Under the pieces are notes generated by a model that worked only from the letters and a program-made list of their open reading frames with translations, was not told the origin of the DNA and searched no databases. Position numbers and translations under genes: made by a program. A stretch of 32,000 nt of DNA from Candidatus Saccharimonadota bacterium (GTDB lineage Bacteria > Pseudomonadota > Alphaproteobacteria > CAJXXZ01 > 1604HC): assembly GCF_008189285.1 (NCBI RefSeq), contig NZ_CP043315.1, positions 30,001 through 62,000 on the forward strand, in the 5' to 3' direction. Below are positions 1-11,655 of this stretch, one piece after another. Position 1 is the first letter of the stretch. Every line of letters begins with the position of its first letter.

Positions 1-44
1 AGATGATTAGAAAAGATTTAAGAAAGAGAATTTTTCAAAGTTGA
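1..44 (+). CDS. 3' end of an ORF entering from the window edge (possibly thymidylate kinase, by synteny only)
   Basis: Frame 3 is open from the window edge (..MIRKDLRKRIFQS*). Its TGA (42-44) overlaps the TTG start of the next gene as TTGA. Identity is only a guess from the conserved tmk-holB-metG order. Confidence 0.25.
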   Translation, partial: MIRKDLRKRIFQS

Positions 45-691
45 TCAATAAAAAAAAATTAAAAGATAGACTGCAAAGTTTTCTTGATTCATCTGGATTG
101 CCTGCATTTGTTTATGGATCTGAGGTGGGTTTTATTAATGAAGTATGCAAGGAATTATTTGATGAATTTAATATTGCAGAGAAAATACAGCTTGATTTAT
201 CTTCAATAAGTGAAGTGAGGGATTTAATTGGTTTTTTGAATGCTACTCCAATATATGGCAAGCAGAAATTAGTGTTGCTGAATGACGCTCAAAAATGGAG
301 CAATGGTGTTAAATCTGCTTTGTTGAAAAGCTTAGAAGAGCATCCAAGTTATAACAAAATTATTATTACTTCTTCTTCAATATTGGATTTAACTATAATG
401 TCTAGATGTTATAAAATTCATATTTCTTCTGATTTATTGAGCAAAACTTGCAACATTGATGAGGTAAGCAGAATAGAAGATCCAAATGTTTTGTTTGCAT
501 GCATGAAGGATTATTTGGAAAAAATAATTCTATGTAATAATTTTAATTTACTTGCTTATGCAGAAGATTTATGGGATAAGGTGAATGAAACTTATAGTTG
601 GTTTAGAAAAGGAGAAATATCATCGCAAAATTGTATTCAGATTATGTCAAATCTGATTCTAGATCATTTGAATCAGATAAACAGTTTATAA
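41..691 (+). CDS. holB: DNA polymerase III delta-prime subunit (short form)
   Basis: 216-aa ORF with a TTG start. KLVLLNDAQKWSNGVKSALLKSLEEHP ... IIITSS ... SRCYKIHI resembles the clamp-loader box of HolB (E. coli KVVWVTDAALL..ANALLKTLEEPP ... SRC). It lies immediately upstream of metG, as in many alphaproteobacteria. It is short for the family and has no zinc-module Cys cluster. Confidence 0.7.
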   Translation: MINKKKLKDRLQSFLDSSGLPAFVYGSEVGFINEVCKELFDEFNIAEKIQLDLSSISEVRDLIGFLNATPIYGKQKLVLLNDAQKWSNGVKSALLKSLEEHPSYNKIIITSSSILDLTIMSRCYKIHISSDLLSKTCNIDEVSRIEDPNVLFACMKDYLEKIILCNNFNLLAYAEDLWDKVNETYSWFRKGEISSQNCIQIMSNLILDHLNQINSL

Positions 692-2148
692 CTGCGCCAA
701 TATATTATGTGAATGGATCCCCGCATTTGGGTCATTTGTATACCTCAGTGGCAGTTGATATATTACATAGGTTTGCTTTGCTTTTTGGCGAATCATTTTT
801 TTCCATTGGAACAGATGAGCATGGGCAAAAAGTTGAGCAATCTGCTCAGAGAAATAAGTGTGAAACGCAAGATTATGTAGATAGCATGTATATTGAATTT
901 TACAAATTGATGAATGCAGCGAATATAAAATATGATGCTTTTGTGAGAACAAGCTCTAAGAAGCATAAAGATAATGTTTTAAATTTTTGGGATAAATTGT
1001 GTAAAAAAGGGGATGTATACGAAGGCGCTTATTCTGGCTGGTATTCTACTCGTGATGAGCAATTTTATTCTGAAGATGAAGTATCAGATGGCGCAAATGG
1101 AAAAATTGCAAAAATATCTAACAGTCCAGTTGAATGGCTGGAAGAAAAATGCATGTTTTTTAAACTCTCTAAATATCAAAATATTTTATTAGATTATTAC
1201 AAGAAAAATAAAGATATTATAAAACCAAGTTCAAGATACAATGAAACTATAGGAATGCTTGAAGCTGGAATTCCAGATTTAGCAGTAACTAGATCAAGAT
1301 TTTCATGGGGAGTTAGTTGCGGAGAAGGGCAAGTGATTTATGTATGGGTCGATGCTTTATCTAACTACATTACTGCAATGGAAAATAATGTAGACTATTG
1401 GATCAATGATATGATTCATATTATAGGTAAAGATATATTGAAATTTCATGCAATATATTGGCCAGCACTGCTTTTATCAGCAGATTACGCCCTTCCTAAA
1501 AGAATATATGCTCATGGATGGTGGACTGTTAACAAAGAAAAAATGTCTAAATCTCTTGGAAATGTGATTGATCCATTTGAAATTTTAAATAAATATGGAA
1601 TTGATCAGTTGCGATACTGCATTATGAAAGAGATGAGCTTTGGTCAAGATGGAGATTTTGATCACGAAAGAATAAAAAATAGAATAAACACTGAACTAGC
1701 TAATGTAATTGGAAATTTGACTCAGAGAATACTTAGCTTTGTTTGGAAAGAATATGAAGAGACTTTAGAAATCAATAGCATAGATGAAAATGACTATGAG
1801 CTTCTAAAGTGTTGGGATGAATGCTTGGAAAATTCTTATTCAGCAATGAAAGAGCAACAAATTCATGTATATTTAGAAGAAGTTAGAAAAGCTGCTGCAA
1901 AAACAAATCAATACGTAGATGGTGCAGCTCCATGGAAGTGTGATGATGCTAACAAAAGGAGAATTTTATCTGTTGGAATCGAATGCATTAAAAGAATGGC
2001 CTTGATATTGAGTCCAGTTATGCCAGAGATGAGCAAGAAGATTTTGAATATTCTAGGATGTGAAATAAATATAGATTCATGGTTTAAATCAATTAATTAT
2101 AGAAAACTGGATAAACCATCTCCATTATTTAGCAGAATAATTGGTTGA
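631..2148 (+). CDS. metG: methionyl-tRNA synthetase (no C-terminal tRNA-binding extension)
   Basis: ITAPIYYVNGSPHLGHLYT (HIGH-type motif) and EKMSKSLGN (KMSKS motif), with MetRS-like layout throughout. The only canonical in-frame start upstream of the conserved N-terminus is TTG at 631, which overlaps holB by 61 nt. The exact start is uncertain. Confidence 0.9.
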   Translation: MYSDYVKSDSRSFESDKQFITAPIYYVNGSPHLGHLYTSVAVDILHRFALLFGESFFSIGTDEHGQKVEQSAQRNKCETQDYVDSMYIEFYKLMNAANIKYDAFVRTSSKKHKDNVLNFWDKLCKKGDVYEGAYSGWYSTRDEQFYSEDEVSDGANGKIAKISNSPVEWLEEKCMFFKLSKYQNILLDYYKKNKDIIKPSSRYNETIGMLEAGIPDLAVTRSRFSWGVSCGEGQVIYVWVDALSNYITAMENNVDYWINDMIHIIGKDILKFHAIYWPALLLSADYALPKRIYAHGWWTVNKEKMSKSLGNVIDPFEILNKYGIDQLRYCIMKEMSFGQDGDFDHERIKNRINTELANVIGNLTQRILSFVWKEYEETLEINSIDENDYELLKCWDECLENSYSAMKEQQIHVYLEEVRKAAAKTNQYVDGAAPWKCDDANKRRILSVGIECIKRMALILSPVMPEMSKKILNILGCEINIDSWFKSINYRKLDKPSPLFSRIIG

Positions 2149-2249
2149 ACTTGCTCCGAAACTCAGATAAATTATATGCATAATTGATTATGGCAATTAA
2201 TTAAATTCTATAATTTTCACATTTTTATTTCATTTAGCCGTAAATCAAT

Positions 2250-2278
2250 TTGACTGACTGCGCTTTTGATATTAATAT
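2250..2278 (+). promoter_or_regulatory. candidate sigma70-type promoter upstream of dcd
   Basis: TTGACT (2250-2255), 17-nt spacer, TAATAT (2273-2278), 18 nt upstream of the dcd ATG. Such matches arise easily by chance in AT-rich DNA, and the implied transcription start would fall right at the AAGGA Shine-Dalgarno. Confidence 0.25.
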
Positions 2279-2295
2279 TCATATAAGGAAAATAG

Positions 2296-2910
2296 ATGAG
2301 TATTCAAATTGATAAAACTAATAAAATTCTTGAACAAGAGACAAAGAATAATGCTAGAGGGGTTCTTGCAGATCATGAAATTCGTGATTTAGCTATAAAT
2401 AAAGGAATGATTTCTCCTTTTATAGAAAAGAATGTTGGAAAAGGGATTATATCTTACGGATTATCTTCATATGGATATGATTCTCGTTTAGGAGATGAGT
2501 TTAAAATATTTACAAATGTGAATAATAGCATAGTAGATCCGAAGAATTTTAGTTCTGATAATTTTGTTTCTAAGAAGGGTGATTTTTGCATTATTCCACC
2601 AAATAGCTTTATGTTATGCAGAACTGTTGAGTATTTTAAAATTCCTAGCGATGTTCTTGTGATTTGTTTGGGCAAATCTACTTATGCAAGATGTGGAATT
2701 ATCGTAAATGTAACTCCATTGGAGCCAGGTTGGGAAGGGCATGTTACATTAGAGTTTTCCAACACAACTCCATTACCAGCAAAAATCTATGCCAATGAAG
2801 GTGCATGCCAATTCATTTTTATGAGATCGACTCCTTGCGAGACTACATACAAGGACAGATCAGGAAAATACATGAATCAAATTGAAATCACCCCTCCCAT
2901 GATAAAGTAA
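2296..2910 (+). CDS. dcd: dCTP deaminase
   Basis: 204-aa ORF with an AAGGA Shine-Dalgarno upstream. Family blocks [29 protein letters not shown] and [13 protein letters not shown] are present. Confidence 0.9.
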   Translation: MSIQIDKTNKILEQETKNNARGVLADHEIRDLAINKGMISPFIEKNVGKGIISYGLSSYGYDSRLGDEFKIFTNVNNSIVDPKNFSSDNFVSKKGDFCIIPPNSFMLCRTVEYFKIPSDVLVICLGKSTYARCGIIVNVTPLEPGWEGHVTLEFSNTTPLPAKIYANEGACQFIFMRSTPCETTYKDRSGKYMNQIEITPPMIK

Positions 2911-3026
2911 AACTTTATTATCCCTGAATGATAAAGTAAAACTTTATTATCCCTGAATGATAAAGTAAAACTTTATTATCCCTGAATGATAAAGTAAAAC
3001 TTTATTATCCCTGAATGATAAAGTGA
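2893..3026. repeat. 29-bp tandem repeat, about 4.4 copies, seeded by the 3' end of dcd
   Basis: ATGATAAAGTAA recurs at 2899, 2928, 2957 and 2986, with a truncated copy at 3015. The unit is atgataaagtaaaactttattatccctga. The first copy is the last four codons plus the stop of dcd. Confidence 0.95.
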
Positions 3027-3550
3027 TAAATTTGAATTCTCTTTTGTGATTATAAAGCAACACTTAGAGCATTTAGTTATGAAGTGAAGCTTATTGTTTC
3101 TTTTGATTAAAATAAACTTCGATGCTTCTATGCGTTTTACAATCTTATATGGTTGTCATTTTATTAATATTTTTCTCCAATAGAGCAAATATTCATTTCA
3201 ATTTCAACTTTACAAATTATTTAATTTTAAACAAAGCCTTTATTTTAGTTGCATTAAAAAGCTTTGTTAGATTTATTCTTTAATAAGAAATGACTTAGCT
3301 TTATTTAATTATAAATAGAGTTTTATTCTTTTTGTATTAATTAACATCATTATTCCATAAGTAAGCTTTGTTATCTTCATCATCAATAAATACTGTGCTG
3401 ACTGATGAAGCCAAAATAATATGGTTCATTTTTTTCATAATTACCTCTGATAAATTATTAAAGAAATTGATTAATTAAATATAAAAAGAATTGATTAATT
3501 AATATAAATTTATTTTGATCTGCAGAAAACTTAAAGTTTTTGCGAGTTGA

Positions 3551-3850
3551 TTATTTTGACTTACGTAAAGCTTTTTCTTGATTAAATAGCGTTCGGAAAG
3601 TTTTTGTAAATGTGATTTTAGCATCATATTTGCCTTCCACTTCTTGTTTTTCTCCAGTCCTTGGGTTTGTTTTTATTGCTGGCTCTCTCCATTTCGGCTC
3701 TGATTTGAAGAATCCTCCCCAAGAAACTGCATCATCATCTAGCATCGATTCAGTTATTATAAGCTTAAAAGCAGATAAAACATCATCTACTTCGTTTATT
3801 TTTATATGTAATTTTTTTGCTATAGCTTGCTTTAATTGCGTATAATTCAT
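3551..3850 (-). CDS. HU/IHF-family DNA-binding protein
   Basis: 99 aa, with an AGGAGG Shine-Dalgarno directly upstream (taggaggaatATG). MNYTQLKQAIAKK..., ITES, and the arm region KTNPRTGEKQEVEGK match the HU/IHF fold pattern (HU: RNPQTGKEI). Confidence 0.85.
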   Translation of the reverse strand: MNYTQLKQAIAKKLHIKINEVDDVLSAFKLIITESMLDDDAVSWGGFFKSEPKWREPAIKTNPRTGEKQEVEGKYDAKITFTKTFRTLFNQEKALRKSK

Positions 3851-4080
3851 ATTCCTCCTAAGAAATTATATAACTTAAGGTATGATACATTAAAGTTATA
3901 TTTTTAAAAAGAGACACTCTCTTGAAGAAATGTAACTAGAAATAGTAAATTTTTTATTAATTTTTTCATATTAATATTAAAAATACAAAAAAATCATATT
4001 TTTTGAATAAATTTATAGATTTACTGTTTTTTGAAATTGCAAAAATATATCTAAATTAATATATTGGCTTTTGATTTAAG

Positions 4081-4275
4081 TCAGGTAGGTGATTTAGATC
4101 TTGCTTTAGCTATTTTACGAACTCTTTCTTTCTTTTGCATTGCTTTTTGCTCAGAAGGCTTTAAAAAATGCCTTCTCCTTTTTTGTTCAGCGCCTATTCC
4201 TTCTCTTTGAACGAATCTTTTTAGAAGTTTCCATGCTTTCTGAATTTCATTATTAACAACATTAACTGATATCAT
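4081..4275 (-). CDS. rpsU: 30S ribosomal protein S21
   Basis: MISVNVVNNEIQKAWKLLKRFVQREGI..EQKRRRHFLKPSEQK resembles S21 (E. coli ..[28 protein letters not shown]). I prefer ATG at 4275, preceded by GGAGAAG, over the longer ORF start at 4305. Confidence 0.85.
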   Translation of the reverse strand: MISVNVVNNEIQKAWKLLKRFVQREGIGAEQKRRRHFLKPSEQKAMQKKERVRKIAKARSKSPT

Positions 4276-4747
4276 AATTCTTCTCCATTTCTGCAATAAT
4301 ATCATATTAGTTAAACAATGAAAACGCGATTAATATTTATGCGAAGTTTATAGTTTGTAAATTATTTCTATTTGATGCAATTTGCATAATTCTGCATTTT
4401 TTAATTTATATAGATATAGATAATTATGACAGATAAATTAATCAAATATATTCAGATATTAATATACAGCACAATTCTCTTTATTTTTCAGCAATGCCCT
4501 TTTCTTTATTTTTTTTGATTTAAGGATATGTGTATAGAATGTGATTTTAAACTTTTTTGGAAGAGCAAAATTTATGATTGAATTTTTATCTTGATTTAAT
4601 AGATAGCAAAGAGGTTTTTTAAGCGCTTAAATATATAATATAAATTAATATGCAATTTATAATCGCTTTTGCATAATTAAATAATGCGTAATTTGTGTGT
4701 AAAACACTGAACATATGGAGCTATATGAAAAAAGTTAAAAAAAGGTG

Positions 4748-4776
4748 TTGACAATTTATGCGGTATGAGAGAAGAT
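4748..4776 (+). promoter_or_regulatory. candidate rRNA operon promoter with upstream A-tract
   Basis: TTGACA (4748-4753), 17-nt spacer, GAAGAT (4771-4776; a weak -10 that keeps A2 and T6). It is preceded by an A-rich UP-like tract (atgaaaaaagttaaaaaaagg) and lies about 100 nt upstream of the 16S 5' end. Confidence 0.3.
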
Positions 4777-4810
4777 ACTTGTGTTGGACAAAAAGTCTGT
4801 TTAAAAAGTG

Positions 4811-4841
4811 TTTTTTGAAGGATAGCAAGCTAGCTGTTAAG
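4811..4841 (+). other. 16S leader half of the precursor processing stem
   Basis: 4811-4841 (ttttttgaaggatagcaagctagctgttaag) pairs with 6412-6442. By hand, 31 positions give 1 mismatch and 1 G-U. This bracketing of mature 16S is typical of RNase III processing stems. Confidence 0.8.
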
Positions 4842-4873
4842 GATGACCAAGTGTTTACTTGGGACTTTGTTTT

Positions 4874-6390
<1,517 letters not shown>

Positions 6391-6411
6391 TAGGGATTTA
6401 CCCTATTTATA

Positions 6412-6442
6412 CTTAATAGCTAGCGTGCTATCCTTCAAAAAA
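6412..6442 (+). other. 16S trailer half of the precursor processing stem
   Basis: Complement of 4811-4841 (cttaatagctagcgtgctatccttcaaaaaa). Confidence 0.8.
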
Positions 6443-6446
6443 AATA

Positions 6447-6520
6447 GGGCTGGTAGCTCAGTTGGTTAGAGCGCACGCTTGATAAGCGTGAAGTCGGAGG
6501 TTCGAGTCCTCCTCGGCCCA
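6447..6520 (+). tRNA. tRNA-Ile (anticodon GAT)
   Basis: 74-nt cloverleaf gggctggtagctcagttggttagagcgcacgcttGATaagcgtg...ggttcgagtcctcctcggccca. No CCA is encoded. It is in the standard spacer position. Confidence 0.95.
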
Positions 6521-6525
6521 TTTAC

Positions 6526-6598
6526 GGGGGTGTAGCTCACTTGGGAGAGCGCATGCTTTGCACGCATGAGGTAGTCGGTTCGATCCCGACCATCTCCA
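6526..6598 (+). tRNA. tRNA-Ala (anticodon TGC)
   Basis: 73-nt cloverleaf gggggtgtagctca...ctttGCAcg...ggttcgatcccgaccatctcca, with the G3:U70 identity pair. No CCA is encoded. Confidence 0.95.
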
Positions 6599-6608
6599 CT
6601 TTGTCCGT

Positions 6609-6628
6609 TTTAAAAGTATAAGAAATAT
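6609..6628 (+). other. 23S leader half of the precursor processing stem
   Basis: 6615-6628 (agtataagaaatat) is perfectly complementary to 9534-9547 (atatttcttatact). With one bulged A (9548) the pairing extends to 6609-6614 / 9549-9554. Confidence 0.7.
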
Positions 6629-6689
6629 TTAATACATTCTCAATTTAATGATTGTTAAAAGTAAATTAACTATATAACATTCATTGAGT

Positions 6690-9490
<2,801 letters not shown>

Positions 9491-9533
9491 ACGCAATGTT
9501 TGTTATGTTATTACTAATCATAAATTTTTGTTT

Positions 9534-9554
9534 ATATTTCTTATACTATTTAAA
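9534..9554 (+). other. 23S trailer half of the precursor processing stem
   Basis: Complementary to 6609-6628 (see the leader half). A degenerate second copy of this trailer motif follows at about 9565-9590. Confidence 0.7.
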
Positions 9555-10178
9555 TTTTTTGACTTTTTGTTTATACTGTTTAAATTTTTAATATTATACT
9601 TCTTATTATTTTATATATTTTGTTGAATATGCGATTGTATCGTTATGTTCAAATGTTAATATAGGTATGTTTGATAATTTGATATATTTTATTAGAGTTA
9701 TTTCCTAAGAATATTAAATTTGTTGATACAATTTATTTTTCTAATTTTTTAATAATTTGATATTTCATTGTATATGCAGTGTTGTAAATTTACTACATTG
9801 ACTTATCTAAATCTTGTCTTTGAGTGTTAAGATAAAATTGCAACTTTATTGTGCTAAATTCATTGCATTTGTATTGATTGATTTAAATAAGTAAGAGTTG
9901 AAGTGCAAAATATTTTATATTTACAAAAGTTCTTCAAAGTCAGCCAAGTCTATTAAATTGCTTTTAAATAAACTGTTCTCATATTTTAGATTTCTTATAA
10001 CAATTATATTAAAGCTACTTAAATTAGATCGATAAGAATAGTTGAGAGCAATTATTTAGATTGATAAAATTGGTTATTTTTTGCGCATTCTTTTAATTTT
10101 AATTTTAAGATAATTTGATATTTTATTATAATTTTAATTTAAAGCTTAATTTAAAAAACTATTCTTTTTTAATTAATA

Positions 10179-11175
10179 GTTGCTTAAAAATGAAAGGCAG
10201 GCCATCTTCATATCAGTCAATAAACTTCATGCCTTAATGCATATTGTTAGATTGCTTAAGGGTGAGTTTACAATGAAAAGTTTTTTCTGAACATATTGAT
10301 AGCACAGCTTTTATGGCGCTGATATTAGAAAGGCGAAAAGAATCATTATCGCGCACAGCTATAGTCTGAACATCTTGTGTAATTTAAAACTCAAAACAAT
10401 TAGTTTGTTCTGATGTTTGAAATCTGCCTTAACTAGATTGCTTAAATATTTAATCCTTAAATTCCCATTAACTAGATCACTTAAGTATAAATTTCAATGG
10501 ATAGAATCAAAATTCTTTTTTGATCATATAGCTGCTTATTAGTTTTTTTCTACAAAAATTTAATTAAGACTAAGACTGTATTATAAAAGTGCAAGTGTTT
10601 AGAATTAACCTATTAAGATTTTTCTTTGTGAATTTTTTTTCAGTTTCGATAACGAAAAATTCTTTAATCCTATGAAGTCATAAGCATTAAAGAGTTGTTA
10701 GAAGCGAGAAAACTGGAGCGAATCGTAAAAACGTGAGAAACATTTTCACTGAAAACTCAAAACTTCCTATGAAGCTTTTCTTTTGGTTCAAGTAGAGTTA
10801 GCTTACCTTAAAATGAGAGTGTTTGTTGCAGTTAATAGCAATAGAAACAACGCTACTTAGCTCTGTAGATGTGATGAAATGAACTGCTGCAAGTTTTCAT
10901 TGAGCTAAACTTGTTTTTCCTGCTATTGTGCAGATGATTTATTCTGATGATTTTGAAATCCTTGATTATTTAATGCGCATTTATAGAGCACTGAAATAAA
11001 TTTGCAAAACTTTATATATTTTTGTTGTTGAAATATATTGCTTCCAATATGAGTGAAGTTTGGATCGAGACGCACTTACTTGTTATGTTTGTGAATTTAT
11101 TTGCTTTTTTACTGTAAATGCATTTATTTCTATTAAGCGCTTCAAGAGAAGTTAGCAATGCGAATTGAAATATTT
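10179..11175 (+). pseudogene. decayed, internally deleted 23S rRNA fragment (relic of a second rrl copy)
   Basis: Colinear, same-strand similarity to the intact 23S. The core 10522-10925 aligns by eye to 7762-8200. In the best stretch, 10732-10775 vs 7988-8031, 32 of 44 positions are identical (cgtgagaaacattttcactgaaaactcaaaacttcct vs tgtgagaaacattttcgctgaaagtccaaggtttcct). Weaker anchors: gttgcttaaaaatgaaaggc (10179) vs gttgctaggggtgaaaggc (7441); ttttatggc (10310 vs 7603); gagtgaagtt..ggatcgagac..gcacttact (11051) vs cagtgaagtt..ggatagaccccgtgcacctttact (8610-8680). The outer boundaries are uncertain. Confidence 0.65.
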
Positions 11176-11655
11176 ATTAGATTTATATAATTTGTAGCGT
11201 TTTATCAGTTTTGCCATTGAGCCATCTCAAAGACAATTTCTTGTGCCATATATAGGTTGTGAAATATTTATTACACATGCATCAGTTTTGCCTTAATTTG
11301 CTTCAAAAGAAATTGTTTATCCAGTGTTAATTGAAATATTTGCCTTTTAACAGTTCGCAGGAATTTCCTTTTTTGATTAATGTGGATTTTTATCTTTTTT
11401 ATTTTCTATGATTTTGTTCTATATACTTGATATCACATAGTAAAAAAAGATAGCTTTAATTTTTTTTTGTTTTCTGGCTTTGTGTTGTATGTTTTTTTAT
11501 ATAGCTAAAATAGTTAATTAAAGCGAAAGTTCTTCAATTTGACTTATTTGACTTGTTAAATAATACAATAAGTCATTTTTAATTTTAATGATTATGAAAT
11601 TGAGAAATTATGAAATTGAGAATTTTAATTTAATTAACTAGTGTATTTTTTTAAA

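Noticed and set aside
2893-3026. CRISPR array?
   Set aside because: The 29-bp units are directly abutting with no spacers, and no cas genes are present. It is a simple tandem duplication.
3521-3543. Possible intrinsic terminator hairpin after the HU gene (gcagaaaactt/aagtttttgc)
   Set aside because: The stem is A/T-dominated with a bulge, and on the transcribed (minus) strand it is not followed by a U-run. That is not convincing.
11375-11392. TGTGGATTT, a near DnaA-box, in the spacer upstream of the PARG-like gene's 3' flank
   Set aside because: It is a single imperfect match inside the tract that otherwise looks like rRNA relic. There is no cluster of boxes.
11591-11621. attatgaaattgaga repeated twice (16-bp period) just downstream of the PARG-like gene stop
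   Set aside because: There are only two copies of a short AT-rich unit. That is too little to distinguish it from slippage noise, and no hairpin/terminator structure is evident.
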